Virus record (IMG/VR): IMGVR_UViG_3300010885_082162
Span: 8,039 to 72,038 of that record
Source: a virus
Taxonomy: Duplodnaviria; Caudoviricetes
DNA: 64,000 nt
Strand: one strand, 5' to 3'
Shown: in pieces, positions 58,225-64,000 of the stretch
Position numbering within the stretch: the first letter of the stretch is position 1
Layout of the letters: each line of letters opens with the position of its first letter
Notes under the pieces: model-generated
Seen by the model: only the letters and a program-made list of their open reading frames with translations
What the model was told of the DNA's origin: nothing
Database searches by the model: none
Position numbers and translations under genes: made by a program

Positions 58225-58725
58225 TCAGCAGATGCCAGCGTCTTCTGCTATCTCTAATAGTAAACTTGCAGTAGGATCTTCTTTGACTTCAAAAATCTCA
58301 GAAAAATCAATACGTGGTTTAAACCTCCCCTTTAATTCGATTACTTTTAGATAATCTGGCGCATTCCGCGGGTTCCATGGAATGACGTCACCCGGTACCC
58401 AGCCAGTGTAACCAATTACGTAGTCAAATCCGGATTTTCCAGATTTTCTAATTAACTTTCCGATCCTTACGTTGTCGCAGCGCTGTGCCATCTGTGTACG
58501 TGTGACTTTTTCATCTAGAAAGATGCCAAAATCATCGATCTGGCAGTAATCCACACCACACCATTCGAGTTCTAAGAATTCACCTTTTTTAAGTGTGATG
58601 ATTTCTCGAAACGTGGAGTCTTTCGACAAACTGCCGTACAAATAAGTAAAAGATTCAAGAGAGTCATATAGTGGCAAGGACCACTTTTTTGAGGAATTTC
58701 TCAGACTAATTCTTATTTTTTTCAC
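58225..58725 (-). CDS. hypothetical protein (166 aa)
   Basis: GTG start after AGGAG; its stop abuts the fibre gene stop with no gap. Confidence 0.7.
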   Translation of the reverse strand: MKKIRISLRNSSKKWSLPLYDSLESFTYLYGSLSKDSTFREIITLKKGEFLELEWCGVDYCQIDDFGIFLDEKVTRTQMAQRCDNVRIGKLIRKSGKSGFDYVIGYTGWVPGDVIPWNPRNAPDYLKVIELKGRFKPRIDFSEIFEVKEDPTASLLLEIAEDAGIC

Positions 58726-58753
58726 CTATCTCCTGTATAAATAATGAGTATTC

Positions 58754-59143
58754 TTAAAATAATTTAAGATTACCTGTGATTAAATCTAGCTTGTCTCCGT
58801 CATCAGGGCCTAGAGATGCAGCAATGAGTTGAATTCCTTCACCAGCCTTATCATCTGAAGCACCAATGATCTCGTATGTAGAAACTCCTTGAATTTCTGC
58901 TTTTAAAAGAAGTTTACGCATAGACTCTTCAGAAGCGACGCCCAGCACAATTCGAGTTGCTGAGCCTAACATCCATTCAGCTTCGATACCTGACAAGTCA
59001 ACCTTCACACTGCCACTGCGATCTGATTCATCACCCTCAATAATAAAAGTCATTGATGCTTTTGATGCTAAAGCAGCAGCCTCAGCTCGCCTTAGTTTCA
59101 TATCTCTTCGTAAGAGAATAACCTGTTTAAGAAATCTTTTCAT
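58754..59143 (-). CDS. degenerate peptidyl-tRNA hydrolase 2 (Pth2)-like protein
   Basis: KQVILLRRDMKL...WM...RIVLGVASEE...SLGP...LDLITGNLKL fold pattern; the GKxAAQxxHA and DAGxT motifs are altered. Confidence 0.75.
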   Translation of the reverse strand: MKRFLKQVILLRRDMKLRRAEAAALASKASMTFIIEGDESDRSGSVKVDLSGIEAEWMLGSATRIVLGVASEESMRKLLLKAEIQGVSTYEIIGASDDKAGEGIQLIAASLGPDDGDKLDLITGNLKLF

Positions 59144-59182
59144 GAATAGCTTCTGAAAAGATTATAACATTAATGGTAAAAT

Positions 59183-59644
59183 TTATAAGGAGTTATTTGT
59201 GTTTGTTAAAATTAAATCTTGTCTAATCTCCATAAGAATCCTGCCGAGCCAATTTTCACCTGTTCCAAGACACACTCCCCATACACGATCGTTCCATGTG
59301 TTAACGTGTATGAGCTGTGATTCACCTGTGTCAATTAGCATGCTAGCTAGAAATGGATTGTCGAATTTCTGATATAAGAATGTGTGCATTAAGGATATTT
59401 TAACATTATCCCAATCAGGGCGCAGCTGAACACAACGACCTAGCTTTTTAGCTTCATACGGTGTCTTCGCTTTTCTAATTAACTCACGCGTGTCTTCGTT
59501 TAGACTCTTATATGCTTGATAAGCGTGTTCTACAGAAGGAAACGGCTTCTTGTCTATATAAATCGTACTGAGATAAAAATTAGACAAGAAGCCGTATCTT
59601 AATCGAGGTGAAAAGTCGTTAATAATATCACTGCTAGACATCAT
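59183..59644 (-). CDS. NADAR (YbiA-like) family protein
   Basis: True start probably MMSSSD at 59644; FLSNFY, PSVEHAYQAYK, AKKLGR, LRPDWD, QKF, D..WG, NWLGRILMEIR. Confidence 0.9.
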   Translation of the reverse strand: MMSSSDIINDFSPRLRYGFLSNFYLSTIYIDKKPFPSVEHAYQAYKSLNEDTRELIRKAKTPYEAKKLGRCVQLRPDWDNVKISLMHTFLYQKFDNPFLASMLIDTGESQLIHVNTWNDRVWGVCLGTGENWLGRILMEIRQDLILTNTNNSL

Positions 59645-59657
59645 TGACGACAATTTA

Positions 59658-59894
59658 TCAGTGACTGCACTGCTCGATCGACTTTGCAGAGGCAGCAGGT
59701 GCTGCAGCTGATGCTGAAGAGACTGCTGCACTGGCTGTCTGGACTGGAACTGGAACTGCTGAAGCTGAAACTTCAGGTGTACTAGCTGTCGTTGTAGCAG
59801 ATACAGAAGCTGCATCGTCGGCGGGCTTTGACTTATCTGCACAGCTTGTAAGACTAGCTATCATAACGAATCCGAGTAATTTTGCATTAAACAT
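59658..59894 (-). CDS. small Ser/Ala/Thr-rich lipoprotein
   Basis: Signal peptide with lipobox LTSC, then a low-complexity S/A/T/P tail. Confidence 0.72.
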   Translation of the reverse strand: MFNAKLLGFVMIASLTSCADKSKPADDAASVSATTTASTPEVSASAVPVPVQTASAAVSSASAAAPAASAKSIEQCSH

Positions 59895-60001
59895 TGTTTT
59901 CTCCTAGTTGTCTAATTTTTACGGAAATTTATCCGCGGCTCTATTTATCAATGTTTTTTGAAGTTGTACATTAATTTATAAACTATTCGTCTTCACCATC
60001 A

Positions 60002-60031
60002 TATAATACATGTTATTATAATACATGTTAT
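60002..60031. repeat. perfect 15-bp tandem duplication TATAATACATGTTAT x2 in a divergent intergenic region
   Basis: Read directly; gives TATAAT on both strands. Confidence 0.88.
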
Positions 60032-60104
60032 GTTGCCAACTTCAAGTAATAGTTATCCGTGACTAAATGAAATCGTCTACTAATTTCAGAAAGTTTAATC
60101 AATA

Positions 60105-62543
60105 ATGAGTTATAGAGACTCACAACGATTTAGAAAGGTGTATGGGTACTATAGGCCTGTCCCGCGGCCGGCTGACACATTAACTTTGGCTGATAATAAT
60201 TATGTTAATGAAGTCGTTGCAGGAATAGATTGGAAACAGTCAGTTAGAGTAGCATCGACTGCCAATATTAATTTAGTTGCGCCCGGCAATATCGATTCAA
60301 TCGCGTTAGTTGATGAAGATAGAGTTCTCTTAAAGTCTCAAACAGCCACAGCAGAGAACGGCATTTACATTTACTACACTGCGACAAATACGCTTATTAG
60401 ATCACTCGACGCTGAACAAGATACGCTGACTAGCGGTGCTGCTGCATATGTCGAAGAGGGCACAGTAAATAGTAGCACAGCATGGATTTTATCAACAATC
60501 GACCCTATAACTGTCGGCACAACTGGGCTGATTTGGGTATTGCTCTCAGGCTCACAAGTTTTTATTAAGTCTGGGTCTTACGCTCATTCAACTGTCAATG
60601 TCTCTTTTGGCGATGAGTTTACAAATGCAATCGGCTCAAACATATTTTTCTACGTTTCAGGAACGATTGGATCTACAAATAATCCACAAATTAGCGTCTT
60701 CGGTGGTGATCTTCTTACTAGCGGTTCATTAAAAGTCGGCGACGACGTCAATGCTGAGCGTTTCTTTATAAGAATTCCTGAGTCTTCACTTAACTCATCT
60801 CCTGTTGGAAGCATAACAGGCTCGGCACAAGGCATTGTTTTATCGTCATCTCAAGACTTAAGATTCACAGTAAATTCTGGCTCTTATAATCTTGCAACTA
60901 CAACTGATTCTGCAAACTATAGCCTTGTATTTGGGTCAGGATCGTTAGTCGAATCCATTCTTAACGCAAAGTATGATGGATATGCTTACTATCGCAAAGG
61001 TTTTTTGTTTGGATCGAATATAACAGCATCAGGAACGTTGGACGTTACTTCTATCGGTACACTTAGACCTGGCTGGGACGATGAAAGAGATGTTGATCTC
61101 TTTTATAATGGCATGTTGTTAAATGATGGCAGTGCTGTTACAGGCGACTATGAATTTATTGATGATCATACTGTTTTATTTAATTCGACATCGGTAGGTC
61201 CATTTGAGTCAGGCGACATAATCTCTGTAGTCATAAAAAATTCTAATGGTGCGCCATACGGGATGGCTTATGTTCCTCCGCCTGCTGTAACAATGGGAGG
61301 AGATGTCACTGGCGATTCTAACTCTTCTACTGTCGTGAGAATTAGAAGCAGAGCTATTTCTTCTGTTGGCCCTAGTGATGGTGATGTTTATATTTTTAAT
61401 TCTTCACAAAATCAGTGGAACCCATCTACAACGTTTACATCGCCAGTTAGCTTTACGCTAGGCCTCAGCGGATCGCATACAAAGCTTGCAAACGGAACAT
61501 CTGCTTTTATTGGCGGATCTGGCATTCTCATCACATCAGCTTCAAATGGTGCAGTAACAATTACCTCATCAGGTGCAGGTACGCCTGACGGAATTAATAC
61601 ATACATTCAGTTTAATGATGGCGGATCATTCGGAGGTGATTCAGGTTTAACTTATAATAAAACATCTAATGAACTTTTTGTTTCTGGCGCTGTGCTTATT
61701 GGCACATCATCTGCTCCCACACTAGAAGTACTTGTTGCTAATCAAGTCTTGACATCTAGCGGCGGCACATACACCACAATGGGTAGCCGATTTGTGTCCG
61801 TATTGACAGGCTCAGAATTATTTAGCTCGCATTACGGATTAATAAATACTGTCACGTCCAAAGTTGCAACAGGCCCAGGCACCGCGGTGAATGGACAAGG
61901 AAATTTTGCGTACCACGCATCGACATCTTCGATTAGTAACTTGTGGGGTTATTATAATGCAGCTATTGCAGTAAAACCTGATGACGGAACAACTGCAGGA
62001 TTACTTTCATCTGCTATTGGAGATGCCTCGGTGATGGGCTTCTTGGCTGCTGAAAATTTTTCTGGCTCTATCACAAATGCATATGGTTTTAGATATAACA
62101 ATACTGGCATTAATAGCAATAGAACAATAACAAATTCTTTTGGTATGCAGATTTTAAATGTTGGTGCTGCAGCAGGTGTAACAAATGCAATTGGTCTTGA
62201 TATTGCTTCAATTAATACAGCGTCAGGAATTAAGTTAGGTATTCGTACACAAGATCCAATTGTTATTGGATCATCTAACGTTGTAGGATCAGAAAAATTA
62301 AGAATCGTAGGCGATACACGGTCAGAAGGAACATTGACCAGTGTAGGTGATATTATGCCAGCTGCAGATACAACATATAATTTAGGTTCTGATTCAAATC
62401 GTTGGGCCAACATATACACAGGCGACTTACATCTAAGAAATGATCGTGGCGATTGGACGATAGTCGAAGAAATAGACTACTTGTGTGTTGTAAATAACGT
62501 AACAGGAAAAAAATACAAAATGATGCTTGAGCCCATTGAATAA
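60105..62543 (+). CDS. fibre-like structural protein with C-terminal chaperone-like domain
   Basis: DWKQSVRVAST...DRVLLKSQ...ENGIY N-module, IQFNDGGSFGGDSGLTYNK module, C-term RWANIYTGDLHLRNDRGDWTIVEE. Confidence 0.78.
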   Translation: MSYRDSQRFRKVYGYYRPVPRPADTLTLADNNYVNEVVAGIDWKQSVRVASTANINLVAPGNIDSIALVDEDRVLLKSQTATAENGIYIYYTATNTLIRSLDAEQDTLTSGAAAYVEEGTVNSSTAWILSTIDPITVGTTGLIWVLLSGSQVFIKSGSYAHSTVNVSFGDEFTNAIGSNIFFYVSGTIGSTNNPQISVFGGDLLTSGSLKVGDDVNAERFFIRIPESSLNSSPVGSITGSAQGIVLSSSQDLRFTVNSGSYNLATTTDSANYSLVFGSGSLVESILNAKYDGYAYYRKGFLFGSNITASGTLDVTSIGTLRPGWDDERDVDLFYNGMLLNDGSAVTGDYEFIDDHTVLFNSTSVGPFESGDIISVVIKNSNGAPYGMAYVPPPAVTMGGDVTGDSNSSTVVRIRSRAISSVGPSDGDVYIFNSSQNQWNPSTTFTSPVSFTLGLSGSHTKLANGTSAFIGGSGILITSASNGAVTITSSGAGTPDGINTYIQFNDGGSFGGDSGLTYNKTSNELFVSGAVLIGTSSAPTLEVLVANQVLTSSGGTYTTMGSRFVSVLTGSELFSSHYGLINTVTSKVATGPGTAVNGQGNFAYHASTSSISNLWGYYNAAIAVKPDDGTTAGLLSSAIGDASVMGFLAAENFSGSITNAYGFRYNNTGINSNRTITNSFGMQILNVGAAAGVTNAIGLDIASINTASGIKLGIRTQDPIVIGSSNVVGSEKLRIVGDTRSEGTLTSVGDIMPAADTTYNLGSDSNRWANIYTGDLHLRNDRGDWTIVEEIDYLCVVNNVTGKKYKMMLEPIE

Positions 62544-62604
62544 GATTCAATGATGAATAATTAATATTGCAATTAAACTTTGCAATTTATAGGAGAAAAT
62601 TATT

Positions 62605-63918
62605 ATGGCTTTAGTTGGACACATATCTGGCAGTACACAGTCTAATTCTGTTATTGGTGTATCAGGATCAGTAATAGTTGCAAATAGATCATCAGCATTG
62701 TTCCCAGCAATGCCTGGGACTGATGTATCATTTTTCGTTTCTGGCTCAAAAGATGGAACAAGTCAAAGTCTTTTTGGCGGCGCCTTATTAGCATCAGGTT
62801 CTTTTAACCTAAAATCAGGCACAGGCGGAATATCACAATTTTCTGTTGACTCGACTGGGCTGTTAATAAACACAGCTGCAGGCACACCAATGATCACGCT
62901 CGCCGCGAGCAACGGCAATATCACCACAGCCGGTGACATTGCTGTCAACGGCGGTGATATTACAACAACATCAGCCTCTGCAACATTGTTCAACTCTAGC
63001 GCAACAACTGTTTCAATAGCCGCAGCAGGTACTGCAATTTCTATTGGATCTGCAGCTGGAACAGGAACCACCACAGTTAACAACAACCTTGCTGTTACAA
63101 AAAACGTAACTGTCACAGGAGATCTAACGGTCAATGGTGCGATGACCACTGTCAACACAACAAATCTTGAAGTAAAAGATTCAGTCATCGGTCTTGGATT
63201 CGCTTCTGGGACAATTGCCCAGACAGCAGGTGATCGTGGGTGGATCGGCGGACAGGCCGGTACAAACAACGTGATGAGCAAGTGGGATAACGCTTCTTCA
63301 GAGTTTGCATTTGCAACCACAACATCTTCGGCAACAGGAAGCTTTGGAATCGCAGCTTATTCTAATCTTCATGCAAATAACATCCAGGGTAATATCGTTT
63401 CTGCTTCACTAGGTTTCTCAGGATCTTTGACAAAATTGATGGATGGAACTTCATACATCATCGCCGGGAGCGGAATGACCGTTGCATCTGCATCCAACGG
63501 AGCAATTACACTTTCTACATCAGGCAGTGGCGGCGACGTTACTGGTCCTGGCAGCGCAACTGCAAATGCTGTAGTGCTTTTTGATGGAGTAACAGGTAAA
63601 CTCATCAAGAACTCTGGATTAACAACAGACGGCTCTAATTCACTTTTTATTGCAGGAACGCTTGGTGTTTCTGGTTCGACAACATTTGGCGCTTCAGCAT
63701 TGCCATCTGCAGATATGACATATGATCTTGGATCACCATCATTCAGGTGGGCTAACGTATATACCGGCGATTTACATCTTCGTAATGATCGCGGAGATTA
63801 TACCCTCATCGAGGAAGAAGATTTCTTAACCATTAGATTTAACAAAACAGGCAAGCGATACAAATTCCTTCTTGAAAGCACCCCAGAACTTGATGAGGAT
63901 CCAACACTTAAGTTCTAA
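62605..63918 (+). CDS. fibre-like structural protein with C-terminal chaperone-like domain
   Basis: RBS AGGAG; GDLTVNGAMTTVNTTNLEVKD module; C-term RWANVYTGDLHLRNDRGDYTLIEEEDFL. Confidence 0.78.
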   Translation: MALVGHISGSTQSNSVIGVSGSVIVANRSSALFPAMPGTDVSFFVSGSKDGTSQSLFGGALLASGSFNLKSGTGGISQFSVDSTGLLINTAAGTPMITLAASNGNITTAGDIAVNGGDITTTSASATLFNSSATTVSIAAAGTAISIGSAAGTGTTTVNNNLAVTKNVTVTGDLTVNGAMTTVNTTNLEVKDSVIGLGFASGTIAQTAGDRGWIGGQAGTNNVMSKWDNASSEFAFATTTSSATGSFGIAAYSNLHANNIQGNIVSASLGFSGSLTKLMDGTSYIIAGSGMTVASASNGAITLSTSGSGGDVTGPGSATANAVVLFDGVTGKLIKNSGLTTDGSNSLFIAGTLGVSGSTTFGASALPSADMTYDLGSPSFRWANVYTGDLHLRNDRGDYTLIEEEDFLTIRFNKTGKRYKFLLESTPELDEDPTLKF

Positions 63919-64000
63919 TGATTAAATTGGCTATTGCATCAATAATATGAGCTAAATCTAAAATATGAATTTTTCTCATTAGTGATTGCCAAATAATTAC

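Noticed and set aside
58736-58743. T4 late promoter TATAAATA
   Set aside because: It is on the plus strand, facing into minus-strand genes with no downstream plus-strand ORF.
59645-59842. Gln-rich N-terminal extension of the NADAR ORF
   Set aside because: It is an alternative frame of the overlapping lipoprotein gene; the NADAR domain begins at MMSSSD (59644).
1179-63608. Numerous short antisense or overlapping ORFs in the six-frame track (for example 1179, 2248, 2920, 8317, 8576, 36765, 38108, 61952, 62763)
   Set aside because: They lie inside well-supported genes on another frame or strand and show no motifs.
1-64000. Giant eukaryotic virus or bacterial chromosome origin
   Set aside because: Contractile-tail baseplate genes, a sigma factor, SD sites and coupled operons indicate a bacteriophage; no housekeeping, rRNA or NCLDV core genes seen.

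Overview
AT-rich segment of a large lytic-type tailed phage with a contractile tail (myovirus-like, jumbo/huge phage). The evidence is gp25-, gp6/J- and gp5-like baseplate genes, a gp55-like sigma factor, Shine-Dalgarno sites and ATGA/TAATG-coupled operons. I saw no rRNA, tRNA, CRISPR array, integrase or transposase. The standard genetic code gives intact ORFs. Layout: (1) 1-4464, minus strand: Fe-S DinG/XPD helicase (partial), ClpP, a Zn-binding hypothetical protein, an apparently ATPase-dead GroEL-like protein and a coiled-coil membrane protein. (2) 4560-33335, plus strand: a ~29 kb glycan island with about ten glycosyltransferase domains (including adjacent GT11 and GT6), methyltransferases, HAD phosphatases and cupins. 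It also holds a nucleotide-sugar pathway resembling GDP-6-deoxyheptose enzymes (WcbK/DmhA-like 4,6-dehydratase, MlghB-like epimerase), a His-type PLP C3-dehydratase, a stand-alone ThDP E1 alpha/beta pair, two Tyr-less Fcl-like SDRs, a PhyH + HemN + B12 radical SAM block, split HldE and a gmd pseudogene scar. It has no flippase, polymerase or transporter. (3) 33332-58224: sigma factor, baseplate and tail genes, LamG proteins and a long fibre. (4) 58225-59894: inverted four-gene cassette (hypothetical, degenerate Pth2, NADAR, lipoprotein). (5) 60105-63918: two fibre proteins with C-terminal chaperone-like domains. Leading hypothesis (inference): a phage-encoded virion glycosylation system that builds an unusual C4-branched 3,6-dideoxy sugar, with the [ST]-G-S motif that recurs densely in the outer structural proteins as the candidate acceptor sequon. 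All family assignments are from motif recognition; no database search was run.
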